Positions 1 to 12,760 of a stretch of DNA of 64,000 nt are shown here, piece after piece. Positions within the stretch are counted from its first letter, which is position 1. Each line of letters opens with the position of its first letter. Source of the DNA: Nitrospirales bacterium (GTDB taxonomy: Bacteria > Nitrospirota > Nitrospiria > Nitrospirales > UBA8639); the NCBI GenBank assembly GCA_965203295.1, contig CBDBCZ010000019.1:1600001-1664000 (forward strand). The letters run 5' to 3'. A program made the position numbers and the translations under genes. Under the pieces are notes generated by a model, which was not told the origin of the DNA, ran no database searches, and saw nothing but the letters and a program-made list of their open reading frames with translations.

Positions 1-104
1 TATTAGGCAAATTCATGACGTTCGCGGCAGTTGCACTCCTACATGTTGGGATTTTTTTAATTTCAATGCTTCGGAAACAGACATATGCTTGAGCCTATTT
101 TTAT

Positions 105-947
105 CTATTTAAAATGGTTTTCTTCGCCTTTCCCCGTCAAATGACAAATGTTGATAAGTTGCTTGAGTAAAGGCTCAAGGCGTGCAAGAGGGACCATGTT
201 GGGTCCGTCTGAAAGGGCCTCATCAGGGTTGGGGTGCACTTCCATAAAAAAACCATCACATCCCGCAGCAGCAGCAGCTCGTGCAAGAGGGGCGACAAAT
301 TCACGCTGTCCTGAAGATTTATCTCCTCCCCCACCTGGGAGCTGCACACTATGTGTCGCGTCAAACACGACAGGATATCCCAAACCTCGGAGAATCGGCA
401 GGGAACGCATATCCACGACCAAGTTGTTATAGCCGAATGACGAACCCCTTTCTGTTAACACAATCTGCACCGCTCCGTGATCTATTAACTTCTGTATCAC
501 GTGTTTCATTTCCCATGGTGAAAGGAATTGCCCTTTTTTGACATTGACGGTTCGACCAGTTTGGGCCGCAGCGCCTAGCAAATCTGTCTGGCGACATAGA
601 AAAGCCGGAATTTGGAGAACGTCTGCAACTTGCCCGGCCTGAGTCGCCTCTTCAACGCTATGAACGTCGGTCAAAATCGGAACCTGGACTTTCTCTTTTA
701 CCTTCCTGAGGATTTCCAGTCCCTTTTTAATCCCTGGGCCTCGGAAAGAGTTGATCGATGTCCTGTTAGCCTTATCATAGGAAGATTTAAAAATGAAGGG
801 CATTCCCACTTGTTCGGCAATTTCTGATATACGCGACGCAGTATCCAAAACCAAATCTTCATATTCGATCACACAGGGTCCTGCGATAAGAACGTGAGGG
901 TGGGAACCTCCGATTGTATAAGGCCCTATGGTGATTTCTTGTGTCAT
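105..947 (-). CDS. kdsA: 3-deoxy-8-phosphooctulonate (KDO8P) synthase
   Basis: Motifs [38 protein letters not shown] and DATHSVQ. Start trimmed to ATG at 947 (MTQEITIG) because the longer ORF overlaps pyrG. Confidence 0.97.
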   Translation of the reverse strand: MTQEITIGPYTIGGSHPHVLIAGPCVIEYEDLVLDTASRISEIAEQVGMPFIFKSSYDKANRTSINSFRGPGIKKGLEILRKVKEKVQVPILTDVHSVEEATQAGQVADVLQIPAFLCRQTDLLGAAAQTGRTVNVKKGQFLSPWEMKHVIQKLIDHGAVQIVLTERGSSFGYNNLVVDMRSLPILRGLGYPVVFDATHSVQLPGGGGDKSSGQREFVAPLARAAAAAGCDGFFMEVHPNPDEALSDGPNMVPLARLEPLLKQLINICHLTGKGEENHFK

Positions 948-975
948 CGACAGTGCTGCGTCAACAGAAAGGGAG

Positions 976-2613
<1,638 letters not shown>

Positions 2614-2721
2614 TCATTCTTGGAAATGAATCACAGAAGACTAGCCCTATTCTCGCACCGTCTTTAGGTGGAATGAACGAAAACTGTCGGGTTTCGGTGT
2701 TACCCGGAGCATATCAGATAA

Positions 2722-3492
2722 TTACAATTTGGAACATGTGCCAATCTGATTCCAAGCTTTCTCGGCCTCCAGTAAATCTTCAGGCGTATCAACACGAATG
2801 GAAGAATGGGTCGTTTCCCAAACATAAATGGGAAGGCCGTGCTCTAACGCCCGAAGCTGCTCTAATTTTTCTTGTTCTTCGAGAGCACCCGTTGGAAACT
2901 GAGAAAATCGTAGCAAGGCCTCACGACGAAAGATATACACGCCCAAGTGCATATACAAGCAACGTGCTTCGGTCGCTGGAAGTGATACGTCTCGGTCATA
3001 AGGGATGGAGGATCTGGAAAAGTACAGGGCAACACCCTTTTGATCCGTGACAACCTTGACGACTGAAGGATCATGTGTGTCTTGAGCTTGCTTAAAACGC
3101 CGTTTGAGAGTCCCAATAGGCACCTGGCTTTGAAGGAAGGGAACGATGAGATCATTCAACAAATCAGGATGAAGAAGTATTTCATCTCCCTGCACATTGA
3201 GGAAAATATTCCCTTTCAGAGATGCCGCCGCCATAGCGACTCGATCGGTTCCTGTGCGGCATGGTTCATCAATAAGCAACCCCATTCCTCCAAACCCTTT
3301 CACCTCTTCCAGGATTTGAAGATCGTCTGTCGCAACGACGACATCTCTCACACCATGGGCTCCTGCTGCACCTTCATACACATATTGAATCAGGGATTTT
3401 CCGGAAAGTTTTGCGAGAGGTTTACCTGGAAATCGCGATGATCCAAAACGTGCTGGAATGACCACCGTCACTCGCTCGTTATGGTTTTGCAT
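2722..3492 (-). CDS. kdsB: 3-deoxy-manno-octulosonate cytidylyltransferase
   Basis: IPARFGSSRFPGKPL, NVQGDE, EKLEQLRALEHG, VDTPEDL. Confidence 0.97.
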   Translation of the reverse strand: MQNHNERVTVVIPARFGSSRFPGKPLAKLSGKSLIQYVYEGAAGAHGVRDVVVATDDLQILEEVKGFGGMGLLIDEPCRTGTDRVAMAAASLKGNIFLNVQGDEILLHPDLLNDLIVPFLQSQVPIGTLKRRFKQAQDTHDPSVVKVVTDQKGVALYFSRSSIPYDRDVSLPATEARCLYMHLGVYIFRREALLRFSQFPTGALEEQEKLEQLRALEHGLPIYVWETTHSSIRVDTPEDLLEAEKAWNQIGTCSKL

Positions 3493-4543
3493 GTAGAATC
3501 GCTTCCCGCAATTGAGTATTGGTCACACAAGCCGTCCCCACCATCCCTACGACCAAACCCGCAGCATGATTGGCCAACACCGCTCCTTCTTTAATTGAAG
3601 CCCCGGCACTCATTGCTAAGGCCAGAGTGCTGACCACGGTATCCCCAGCCCCCGTGACATCGTAGACCTGACGAGCCACGGCTGGAATATGCGAACTTGA
3701 ACCATCAGCTTCGTTCAAAGTCATACCGTGTTCCCCACGAGTGACCAATACGGCTTCACACCCGAGTTTGTGACGAATCTGATGACCGGCTTCTATGATT
3801 GGGTTGGGACTTGACTTGCTGACTTCAGCTCCCTGCTGTACCTCCAGATGATTTGGGGTGAGTATCGTGACACCTGCATAGTAAGGCAAATGATCAACTT
3901 TTGGATCCACAATGATAGGAATCTTTTTCTTCCTTGCCATCCTGGAAATTTCCACCATTAATGAAGCTGTGACCACTCCTTTGGCATAGTCAGATATCAC
4001 CAAACATGAAATATCTTGGAGGTGAGTCCTTATATACTGAATCATCTGCCGAATGACGGCAGCGGAGACGTCACTTCTCTTTTCCACGTCATACCGAACA
4101 ATTTGTTGACTATGGGCCACGATGCGCGTCTTGCGAGAGGTGGGCCGGTGAGAATCGATGATCACTCCACGTGGATTAGACGGCTTGACACCTAGTTCAT
4201 TCAAGAAAGCTTTTCCACTCTCATCGGATCCAATGACCCCACAGACTTCAGCCTTACCACCTAATGAAAGAATATTATTATATACATTGGCTGCCCCACC
4301 CAGTCTTAATGATTCGGAGTCCACATGAACCACTGGGACTGGCGCCTCCGGGGAAATCCGGTCAACCGATCCCCAAATAAAATGGTCCAGAATCAAATCA
4401 CCAATGACTAAAATATTGGCTTGTGAAAATTTATTCAGGTATCGAGAAAGTCGTCGGTAAGGGAAAAAGAGGGAATATTGAGAAACTTGTGAAGGCTTGA
4501 CGGCGTTGGGTTTGGGAAGGCGGCGTACAACGTGTGAGCGCAC
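3479..4543 (-). CDS. hldA: D-glycero-beta-D-manno-heptose-7-phosphate kinase (RfaE domain I, PfkB family)
   Basis: RISPEAPVPVV, LGGAANV, SDYAKG, DVTGAGDT. Exact start uncertain. Confidence 0.92.
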   Translation of the reverse strand: MRSHVVRRLPKPNAVKPSQVSQYSLFFPYRRLSRYLNKFSQANILVIGDLILDHFIWGSVDRISPEAPVPVVHVDSESLRLGGAANVYNNILSLGGKAEVCGVIGSDESGKAFLNELGVKPSNPRGVIIDSHRPTSRKTRIVAHSQQIVRYDVEKRSDVSAAVIRQMIQYIRTHLQDISCLVISDYAKGVVTASLMVEISRMARKKKIPIIVDPKVDHLPYYAGVTILTPNHLEVQQGAEVSKSSPNPIIEAGHQIRHKLGCEAVLVTRGEHGMTLNEADGSSSHIPAVARQVYDVTGAGDTVVSTLALAMSAGASIKEGAVLANHAAGLVVGMVGTACVTNTQLREAILHAKP

Positions 4544-4556
4544 CGATCCAGATTCC

Positions 4557-5321
4557 TTATTGTTTCAATGTAATGAATTTTCCAAGACGGTCCCATCGAA
4601 CCCATTCGGTCAAAGGGCCCTGTCCATTCCATGACCAATACACCAAGAACGCACGGCCTTTGATTTTATGCGTCCGCACATAACCCCAGAATCGACCATC
4701 TAGACTTTGATCCCGGTTATCACCCATCACAAAATACGAATCAAGCGGGACAGTTTTGGGACCATAATTATCTCGTGGATTTATTCGGCCATCAATGATA
4801 CCAGGATCAGTGTGTTGGGTATAACCCTTATCTTTCAGCGCTTTGTCGTTGATATACAAGACCTTATTTCGGATTTGAATGGTATCACCAGGCAACCCAA
4901 TGACTCTTTTAATAAAGTCTTTATTTTCGTCTTCCGGATACCGAAAAACAATAATATCACCTCTTTGTGGCGGATCAAATTCCATCAACAGCTTCGATGA
5001 ATAACACGTGATAGGTGGAAAGCTGATTTGAAATTGACAATCTTGAGGCAATTGCAGACCATACGCCATCTTGCTCACAAGAATATGATCACCGATGAGC
5101 AAGCTCGGGATCATCGACCCTGAAGGAATTTTAAACGCTTGCACAACAAACACCCGAATGGTAAAAGCTAGAATGATGGCGATAATAATCGCTTCCGCAT
5201 ATTCACCATAAATTGATTTTCTGGTCGGTGACTCCCCTGTGTTGACGCTCTTTTCAGAAGACGTGGGAACAGGTGTCTGGGCGTCTTGAAAGGGGTCTGT
5301 CTGATGATCGAATTTACTCAT
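4557..5321 (-). CDS. lepB: signal peptidase I
   Basis: [12 protein letters not shown] (catalytic Ser), [11 protein letters not shown] (Lys), GDNRD; directly follows lepA. Confidence 0.97.
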   Translation of the reverse strand: MSKFDHQTDPFQDAQTPVPTSSEKSVNTGESPTRKSIYGEYAEAIIIAIILAFTIRVFVVQAFKIPSGSMIPSLLIGDHILVSKMAYGLQLPQDCQFQISFPPITCYSSKLLMEFDPPQRGDIIVFRYPEDENKDFIKRVIGLPGDTIQIRNKVLYINDKALKDKGYTQHTDPGIIDGRINPRDNYGPKTVPLDSYFVMGDNRDQSLDGRFWGYVRTHKIKGRAFLVYWSWNGQGPLTEWVRWDRLGKFITLKQ

Positions 5322-7125
5322 CACTGACTTTCAACAGCGCAAGAAAAGTCTCTTGAGGGACCTCAACTCGTCCTAATTGCTTCATTCGTCTTTTCCCCTC
5401 TTTTTGCTTTTCCCACAATTTTCGCTTTCGGGAGATATCTCCACCATAACATTTGGCCGTGACATTCTTTTTCAAGGCGGGAACCGTCTCACGGGCAATG
5501 ATCCGACGTCCAATGGCAGCCTGGATGGCAATTTCAAACATTTGCTTAGGAATAAGTTGTTTCATTTTTTCTGTGAGTTGTCGTGCTCGCTGCGTAGCTT
5601 TATCCCGATGAGTGATAAACGATAAGGCGTCAACCGTCTCTCCATTCAGGAGCAGATCCAGCTTCACCAAATCAGATTCACGATAACCGACTAACTCATA
5701 ATCAAGTGAGGCGTATCCCTGAGACCGTGACTTCAAACGATCATAAAAGTCTAGCACCATCTCGTTCAGGGGCAGTTCATAGGTCAACATCACACGAGTC
5801 GGATCCAAATATTGAAGGCTCTTCTGCATTCCCCTTCGTTCTTGACACAGTTGCAGAATATTTCCAACATGTTGCTCTGGAACAATGATGGTCGCCTGAA
5901 TATACGGTTCCTGCATGATTTCAATTTGCCCTGGGTCAGGCAACTTTGATGGGTTTTCAATATTCACAACTTCACCGTTTGTGGTGGTGACTCGGTAGAT
6001 CACTGTCGGTGCCGTGCTAATCAAATCCAACTTGTATTCGCGTTGAAGTCGTTCGCGAATAATTTCCATGTGAAGCAAACCCAGAAAACCACAACGAAAC
6101 CCGAACCCTAACGCGATAGAAGTTTCTGGTTCATACACAAAAGAAGAATCATTTAAACGAAGTTTTTCTAGTGAATCCCGCAAGTCTTCAAAATCCGCAT
6201 TGTCGGTGCAATAGAGGCCACAAAAAACCAGTGGTTTGGCCTCTCGGCACCCTGGGAGAGGTGTATCAGTCGGCCTACTCGCTTCTGTGATGGTATCACC
6301 GATTTTCGTATCCGAGACGTCTTTCATTCCCGCACAGATATACCCAACTTCTCCAGTTTCCAATCGAGAAGTTTTCATTCGTTTAGGGGTGAAAATCCCG
6401 ACTTCCGAGACCTCAAAAATTCGATTATTCGACATCATTCGAATATTCATCCCGGGAACGATTTCTCCATCAAAGACGCGTAAAAGAACGATCGCACCCT
6501 GATAACTATCAAACCAAGAGTCAAAAATGAGCGCTTTGAGAGGTTTTTGGGCATTTCCTTTTGGTGGAGGGATCTTGTGAACAACCTCCTCTAACACATC
6601 TTGAACACCCAACCCCTCCTTGGCACTCACCAAAAGCGCTTCATCCGTATCGAGGCCCAAAACTTCCATGATCTGATGCTTGACGCCCTCGATGTTGGCA
6701 CTAGCCAGGTCAATCTTGTTGATAACCGGAAGAACGACCAAATCGTTGGCTATAGCCAGATAGGCGTTTGCGATGGTTTGAGCTTCGACACCTTGCGTTG
6801 CATCAACCAAAAGCAACGCACCTTCACAAGCTGCGAGACTTCTGGAAACCTCATAGGTAAAGTCAACATGACCCGGTGTATCAATGAGGTTCAATTGATA
6901 GGTCTTTCCATCTTTAGAGGAAAAAGTCGTCGTGACCGTATGGGCTTTAATCGTAATCCCTCGTTCACGTTCCAAATCCATATCATCAAGAATTTGCTCC
7001 CTGAATTCTCGTGATGTAATGGCTCCAGTCATCTCCAAAAATCGGTCAGCCAATGTAGACTTCCCATGATCAATATGGGCGATGATTGAAAAATTTCGAA
7101 TGTACAAAGGAGAAATGGTGCTCAT
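5314..7125 (-). CDS. lepA: translation elongation factor 4
   Basis: [41 protein letters not shown]. Confidence 0.99.
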   Translation of the reverse strand: MSTISPLYIRNFSIIAHIDHGKSTLADRFLEMTGAITSREFREQILDDMDLERERGITIKAHTVTTTFSSKDGKTYQLNLIDTPGHVDFTYEVSRSLAACEGALLLVDATQGVEAQTIANAYLAIANDLVVLPVINKIDLASANIEGVKHQIMEVLGLDTDEALLVSAKEGLGVQDVLEEVVHKIPPPKGNAQKPLKALIFDSWFDSYQGAIVLLRVFDGEIVPGMNIRMMSNNRIFEVSEVGIFTPKRMKTSRLETGEVGYICAGMKDVSDTKIGDTITEASRPTDTPLPGCREAKPLVFCGLYCTDNADFEDLRDSLEKLRLNDSSFVYEPETSIALGFGFRCGFLGLLHMEIIRERLQREYKLDLISTAPTVIYRVTTTNGEVVNIENPSKLPDPGQIEIMQEPYIQATIIVPEQHVGNILQLCQERRGMQKSLQYLDPTRVMLTYELPLNEMVLDFYDRLKSRSQGYASLDYELVGYRESDLVKLDLLLNGETVDALSFITHRDKATQRARQLTEKMKQLIPKQMFEIAIQAAIGRRIIARETVPALKKNVTAKCYGGDISRKRKLWEKQKEGKRRMKQLGRVEVPQETFLALLKVSDE

Positions 7126-7218
7126 TGAATGGAATCTTTTGATTGTATTAGGACCACCCTATGTTGTCAAAAAGAACAGAGGATCTTATAATTCAGCCAT
7201 TTTTCGTGAGGTGAGCTG

Positions 7219-8586
7219 ATGTCCTCTCAAAATTCTCCACGCAAATTGGTCCAATGGGACCATCAGTACGTCTGGCACCCCTTTACCCAGATGAAAGAAT
7301 GGGAACAAGAAGATCCACTTATTATTGAACGCGGAGAAGGATCGTATTTGATCGATACTAAAGGAGAACGATATTTAGATGGTGTCTCCTCATTGTGGGT
7401 CAATATTCATGGGCATCGTCATCCAACCCTTAATCAAGCTATTAAGAGCCAGTTAGATCGAATTAGCCATAGTACCCTGCTAGGGCTTTCAAATCCACCT
7501 GCCATTCTTCTTGCTCGGGAACTCGTTAAACTTGCCCCCGCTGGTTTAACTCGAGTGTTTTATTCTGACAATGGATCAACGGCTGTGGAGGTGGCCCTTA
7601 AAATGGCTGTTCAGTACTGGCAGCAGCGAAAGCCACACCAAGAAGGGAAACACGCTTTTGTCCACTTAGGTCTTGCCTATCATGGCGATACCATAGGCGA
7701 TATGAGTATCAGCGGGATTGACCTGTTTCACAAACGGTTCCATCCTCTTTTATTTACCGCAACATCAATTGATCCACCCTACTGCTATCGTTGTCCACTC
7801 CAGTTGACTTACCCATCATGCCAGATCGCCTGTCTTGAACCTTTAGAAACTCTCCTTTCTGAACGTTACCAAGACATTGCGGCCGTCGTCATCGAACCGT
7901 TAATACAAGCAGTGGCTGGCATGATCACCGCTCCCAAAGGATATCTGACGCATGTGAGAGAGCTTTGCACTCGCTATCAGGTATTGCTCATTGTGGATGA
8001 AGTGGCCACTGGCTTTGGTCGAACAGGACGCATGTTTGCCTGCGAACATGAAAATGTAACTCCCGACATTATGGCTGTTGCCAAAGGGTTAACCGGAGGC
8101 TATCTCCCCTTGGCAGCCACGTTAACAACAGAGGACATTTACCAAGCATTTCTAGGGCAATATGACGAATGGAAAACGTTTTTTCATGGACATAGTTATA
8201 CCGGCAATCCTCTTGGCTGTTCAGCAGCATTGGCCAACTTAAAAATTTTTCGGCGGGAGCGAACGCTTCTCAAACTCCAAAAGCGTATTCCCCTTTTTCA
8301 TTCGCTTCTTCAAACTCTAGCAGAAGAAACGCACGTCGGAGACATCCGCAAATGTGGGTACATGGTGGGCATTGAACTCGTTCAAAGTAAACGCATCCGA
8401 AAACCTTTTTCTATCACGGAACGAAAGGGACATTTGGTTGCACAAGCAGCACGCGAGCGGGGTCTCTTGATTCGACCCATTGGGAATATTGTGGTGGTCA
8501 TGCCGCCACTCAATATCAAGGTGAAAGAATTAAAGGAAATCGTATCGATTCTTCGGCAATCGCTTCGTGCAGTCGACTGGCAGTAG
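7219..8586 (+). CDS. bioA: adenosylmethionine--8-amino-7-oxononanoate transaminase
   Basis: WHPFTQM, DGVSSLWVNIHGH, DEVATGFGRTG, AKGLTGG (PLP Lys), HGHSYTGNP. Confidence 0.95.
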   Translation: MSSQNSPRKLVQWDHQYVWHPFTQMKEWEQEDPLIIERGEGSYLIDTKGERYLDGVSSLWVNIHGHRHPTLNQAIKSQLDRISHSTLLGLSNPPAILLARELVKLAPAGLTRVFYSDNGSTAVEVALKMAVQYWQQRKPHQEGKHAFVHLGLAYHGDTIGDMSISGIDLFHKRFHPLLFTATSIDPPYCYRCPLQLTYPSCQIACLEPLETLLSERYQDIAAVVIEPLIQAVAGMITAPKGYLTHVRELCTRYQVLLIVDEVATGFGRTGRMFACEHENVTPDIMAVAKGLTGGYLPLAATLTTEDIYQAFLGQYDEWKTFFHGHSYTGNPLGCSAALANLKIFRRERTLLKLQKRIPLFHSLLQTLAEETHVGDIRKCGYMVGIELVQSKRIRKPFSITERKGHLVAQAARERGLLIRPIGNIVVVMPPLNIKVKELKEIVSILRQSLRAVDWQ

Positions 8587-8597
8587 AGAGAAAGCCT

Positions 8598-9401
8598 TCA
8601 TGTAATTTCAATCGAATCACCTACCTTGGCTTCTAGACAACGAGCTGCATGACCTTCTTTTAAAAAAATTTCGAGGTTTCCATTGCTGTTAATGAGAGCC
8701 TGAGGCGCATCCTGAGAGCCTTCACCATAATTGGCTTTTATCCCCTCAATTGTCACACTTCCCATATGGACGGAGATGTCCTGATTTTTGGTCACATCTC
8801 GAAGTGATTGCAGATCATAGGGTTTGATATTAGAAATAAGGTTTCCAAAATGGTCAACATACATAATGCGCCCTGCAAGTACCTTACCTCGAATCTGCGG
8901 CTCCTCCAAAGACAGAGTTTTATAATCCCGAATTAACCGCCCATAAGAACCCGGAACTTGTCCCCGAGTCAGCCATGCTGCAGCGGGAGCAAATACGTCT
9001 CGACCGTCGAAGGTCGCCCCTTCTGAATCAAGACGGTATTGCTTGTTTTCAATTTCCCGTACCTCAACCGACAGTTCCTCATCATCATAAATATGACTCA
9101 ATACACCATTATCCGGAGCCACGAAAAAGTATCGAGAAGTCGAAACCAGAAGAGGTCGTCGGATTGATCCCACTCCCGGATCCACAACCACAACATGGAT
9201 CGTTCCATCTGGAAAGTATTGATAGCACGATTTCAGGAAAAACGCTGCTTCTTCAATACAGTGAGGAGTGATGTGATGCGACAGGTCCAGGATTCTGACT
9301 TGTGTATTGATCCCAAAAATGACGCCTTTCATGCTCGCCACAAAATAATCACGGTCTCCAAAGTCTGTGAGCAGTGTGACAACAGAAATCGCTGAAGGCA
9401 T
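8598..9401 (-). CDS. SAM-dependent chlorinase/fluorinase / SAM hydroxide adenosyltransferase family protein (DUF62)
   Basis: TLLTDFG, VVDPGVG, APDNG, TFDGRDVFAPAAA, VDHFGN. Start trimmed to ATG 9401, 1 nt after the greA stop. Confidence 0.9.
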   Translation of the reverse strand: MPSAISVVTLLTDFGDRDYFVASMKGVIFGINTQVRILDLSHHITPHCIEEAAFFLKSCYQYFPDGTIHVVVVDPGVGSIRRPLLVSTSRYFFVAPDNGVLSHIYDDEELSVEVREIENKQYRLDSEGATFDGRDVFAPAAAWLTRGQVPGSYGRLIRDYKTLSLEEPQIRGKVLAGRIMYVDHFGNLISNIKPYDLQSLRDVTKNQDISVHMGSVTIEGIKANYGEGSQDAPQALINSNGNLEIFLKEGHAARCLEAKVGDSIEIT

Positions 9402-9402
9402 T

Positions 9403-9879
9403 TTATGATTCTCCAAAAATGATCGTCTGAATTTCATATTCAGCCAGGCCGGCTGGGCGGTGGACTTCCACGATATCACCGACACGATGCCCGATAAGAG
9501 CACGGCCTATAGGGGATTGGACAGATATCGTTCCATTTTTAAGGTCTGCCTCCTCTTGGCCAACCAACGTGTATTGTTTTTCTTGTTGTGACTCTAAATC
9601 CATGATTTTTACGGTTGCCCCAAAAACCACCGTCTCACTCCTGACGCTCGTCACGTCAATAATTTGAGAGTCAGCCAACTTTGCCTCAATTTCTGACATT
9701 CGAATGTCAATGAGTTGTTGCCGTTCCTTGGCAGCTTTATACTCAGCATTTTCACGTAGATCACCATGTTCACGAGCTTCAGCTATGTCTTGAATGACTT
9801 GTGGATGCTCTTTTTTTCGCAGCCGAATGAGTTCTGCCTGTAGGGCTTCATAACCCTTTTTTGTAATTGGGACCCCCAT
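9403..9879 (-). CDS. greA: transcription elongation factor GreA
   Basis: AREHGDLRENAEY, ISVQSPIGRALIG. Confidence 0.97.
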   Translation of the reverse strand: MGVPITKKGYEALQAELIRLRKKEHPQVIQDIAEAREHGDLRENAEYKAAKERQQLIDIRMSEIEAKLADSQIIDVTSVRSETVVFGATVKIMDLESQQEKQYTLVGQEEADLKNGTISVQSPIGRALIGHRVGDIVEVHRPAGLAEYEIQTIIFGES

Positions 9880-10083
9880 AAAGACTCCTAGGCTTCAATA
9901 ATCGTTCTTTAATCGAACATAATTGTTTTTTTGACCGTACATGTGAAATGTATCAAAAAACAACTTGGAAATTTAAGGGGATGGAGCCTGATGAGTCAAA
10001 CTTCCACTGTCCTACCAATGCGGCTGGGATTACGTTCAAACGGCAGCATACCCGAATATCAACACGTTTCAGCAATCAAGGAG

Positions 10084-11007
10084 CTAGAGCTTGAATTTTG
10101 GCGAACGTATGGGGGGCGACTGAGAGGGATCGGTTTCTTTAACTGAATGGTAATACCGCATGGCATCCGGGATCCAAGCTTCAATTTGTTTAATTCGAGT
10201 CACATCCGAAGGGTGAGTCGATAAGAATTCTGGAACAGCCGCATTTGAACGAAAACAAAAACGGCCAATCATCTGTTTGGGACAACCACTCATTCGCTCC
10301 CAAAATCCCACAGCTTCACGGGGATCATATCCTGCCTTAGCCATGAGCCGAAGGCCAATGTAGTCAGCTTCTGATTCCTGCCTGCGACTGTGAGGAAGGG
10401 ATACTCCCACGCCATAGGCATTCATCGCACCCATTGCCACACCAGGATCGACTGCCCCACTCGCTGCACCAGCCATTGCGCCAATTTTTGCGACTTGCTC
10501 CAGAATGCCACGACTATATCGTTCCGCGCCATGGCGTTGAAGAGCATGTGCCACCTCATGTGCCATCACAGTCGCCAACCCGTTTTCATCCTTCGTGTGC
10601 TTTAAAATGCCTGTATAGATGGCTACTTTGCCTCCAGGAAGTGCAAAGGCATTCACCATCTTGTCGTCTTGAATGACGGCAAATTCCCAGTGGTATTCCG
10701 GTTTATTCGCGACGTCAGCAATTTGACGGCCTACCCGATTCACCATGGCGTTGACTTCGGGGTTGGCACTGAGTCGCGCTTGTTTCAGCACTCCACGAAA
10801 GGCCGCAACTCCCATGGCGATTTCTTTTTCTTCAGAGATGAAAATCAGTTGATCCCGAGCTGTGCCAGGTGCCCGTTGACAATTTGCGAGAAAAAGAGTT
10901 GCCACACAGCATACGAGTACGAGCGCCCATCCAGGTTTCTCAAATTTTTCTAACCAGTACAAGACCATTTTCCCTAATTTGCCGGCAAAGAGAGAGGGCT
11001 TCCTCAT
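10084..11007 (-). CDS. M48 family metallopeptidase (probable lipoprotein)
   Basis: NAFALPGG, HEVAH zinc motif, ESEAD, LSTHP; lipobox-like LANC. Confidence 0.92.
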   Translation of the reverse strand: MRKPSLFAGKLGKMVLYWLEKFEKPGWALVLVCCVATLFLANCQRAPGTARDQLIFISEEKEIAMGVAAFRGVLKQARLSANPEVNAMVNRVGRQIADVANKPEYHWEFAVIQDDKMVNAFALPGGKVAIYTGILKHTKDENGLATVMAHEVAHALQRHGAERYSRGILEQVAKIGAMAGAASGAVDPGVAMGAMNAYGVGVSLPHSRRQESEADYIGLRLMAKAGYDPREAVGFWERMSGCPKQMIGRFCFRSNAAVPEFLSTHPSDVTRIKQIEAWIPDAMRYYHSVKETDPSQSPPIRSPKFKL

Positions 11008-11010
11008 GCC

Positions 11011-12081
11011 TTATGGCAACCACAAATACATAAACTTTGAGCTGCCTCCACCAAATAATGTTGCGAGGACTTCTTCATGGACCCCTGGAAATGAAGGCAT
11101 ATCGATTTCATCCCTCATCATGGGCTCGGAATAAATGTTTTGGTTAAATTTTCCTGGCTGTTGATACATGATGACTCTAGCTTTACGAAGCCCTGCTCGT
11201 TGCTTGGCAAGTTCAATCGCATCATCAAGATACCCAATATCATCAATCAGCCCAAGCTGTTTGGCTTGTTCTGTCGAATAAATCCGGCCGTCCGCCATTT
11301 GCCTTACCTCAGCTTGTGTTAAATTCCCCCGGCCTTCATCAATCACTTGAACAAAACGACCATGGAAGGAATCAATAATGCCCTGAAAAATCTGGCGTTC
11401 CTCTTCGGTCATGGACCGGAACGGAGATCCCATATCCTTGTTATCGCCAGACGTAACGGTGTTGGCCTCAATTCCAACTTTCTCGAGAAGGCCCGCAGCA
11501 TTCAAGGTGACCATAATCACCCCTAAGCTGCCAGTGATGGACGACGGATGAGCAACGATATAATCACTGCCCATCGCCACATAGTAAGCGCCGGATGTAC
11601 CTACGTCCATGATACAGGCAATAACAGGAACCTGCCGTTTTTTCTTAAATTGTGTAATTTCATGATGAATAATATCAGATGCAGTTACCGTTCCACCTGG
11701 ACTGTTTATGCGAAGAACGACAGCTTTCACATGATGGTCATCATTGGCTTTTGTTAGTTCCTCCTTAACTCGAGAAGGCAAACTTCGTCGTTCAAAAAAG
11801 GTCGAGCCACCTGAATCACTAATGAGTCCAGAAATGTCCAGGACAAGGATCTTTTCCGTCCCGTTTCCAAATAACACCTTTTCCTCAAGAGGCCCTCGAG
11901 GAGGGAAAAGAGAGACTGAAATACAGCCGGGAGCAAGGAACAGCAGGAGCCCCCATGCGAGAATTCCAACTGAAAGGCGGCAAGCAAATCCCCGGTTTAC
12001 TTTTACGCGACAGGGTACTTTTCCGCAGAGGCTCGAGAACAAGTCGTTACTGGAAAGCCTCCCCCTACAGGTGGTTGGCAT
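11011..12081 (-). CDS. sppA: signal peptide peptidase SppA (S49, short form)
   Basis: LRINSPGG, TSGAYY, TGSLGV, KDMGSPFR, DGRIYS. Start uncertain: the ORF is open to 12183 and the hydrophobic signal LLLFLAPGC lies near 11950. Confidence 0.88.
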   Translation of the reverse strand: MPTTCRGRLSSNDLFSSLCGKVPCRVKVNRGFACRLSVGILAWGLLLFLAPGCISVSLFPPRGPLEEKVLFGNGTEKILVLDISGLISDSGGSTFFERRSLPSRVKEELTKANDDHHVKAVVLRINSPGGTVTASDIIHHEITQFKKKRQVPVIACIMDVGTSGAYYVAMGSDYIVAHPSSITGSLGVIMVTLNAAGLLEKVGIEANTVTSGDNKDMGSPFRSMTEEERQIFQGIIDSFHGRFVQVIDEGRGNLTQAEVRQMADGRIYSTEQAKQLGLIDDIGYLDDAIELAKQRAGLRKARVIMYQQPGKFNQNIYSEPMMRDEIDMPSFPGVHEEVLATLFGGGSSKFMYLWLP

Positions 12082-12204
12082 CCACTTGCTCGCCTTCCAC
12101 CGTTCTGTTGAATAACCTGTGTTGGGTCCTGATATCAAACAAGACTCTCGATAAGAACAAGACCTTTCAGAATTCCATATCATTCCTGAAAAATGGCCGA
12201 ATCC

Positions 12205-12741
12205 TCATTTCATTCCAAATGAGCCGCGATAGCCAATCCAGCGCCTAAACTTGATAACTAACAAACTTATAGCTAAACCAACATTGATAAGATGCAACCC
12301 CCGCACAAGCATATGGGTACGAAAAAATGCTTCATAGGCTGTCTTTTTGGCAAGTTCCCCTTTAGCTGAAAAAGCGGCTTCCTGTAATTGAATAGCTTGA
12401 GGGCCTAGCACAAACACGATAAGGACCGTCACAACAGCCATGCCAGTCAGAATCCCGACTTCAAAATGCGTCAACGTATATATTGTATCTGAAGATCCCC
12501 AATTAGCCCAAGCCCGAAGAAAGGTTGTTGCGATCAATACCATTAAGACAGCACTTGTCAATAAATTATAATTATCAAAAACTCTCCGCAAAAAACGTCC
12601 TCCCGTTTCCATCCCAAGCGAGCTAAAAACAGCCGGAATAATAGCGACCAAAATAACCGTTAATCCCCCTATCCACATCGTCAGCCCTAACAATTCCACG
12701 AGAGATACAGAGAATTGCCAACCTGATGTTATCCGTCTCAT
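12205..12741 (-). CDS. DUF4149/TMEM205-like membrane protein
   Basis: Four hydrophobic helices, WIGG near the N-terminus, FFRTH near the C-terminus. Confidence 0.7.
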   Translation of the reverse strand: MRRITSGWQFSVSLVELLGLTMWIGGLTVILVAIIPAVFSSLGMETGGRFLRRVFDNYNLLTSAVLMVLIATTFLRAWANWGSSDTIYTLTHFEVGILTGMAVVTVLIVFVLGPQAIQLQEAAFSAKGELAKKTAYEAFFRTHMLVRGLHLINVGLAISLLVIKFRRWIGYRGSFGMK

Positions 12742-12760
12742 ACAATTCTTTTTCCATCGG

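Noticed and set aside
1..84. Start of a gene downstream of kdsA on the minus strand
   Set aside because: Only about 28 codons are visible at the window edge, with no diagnostic motif.
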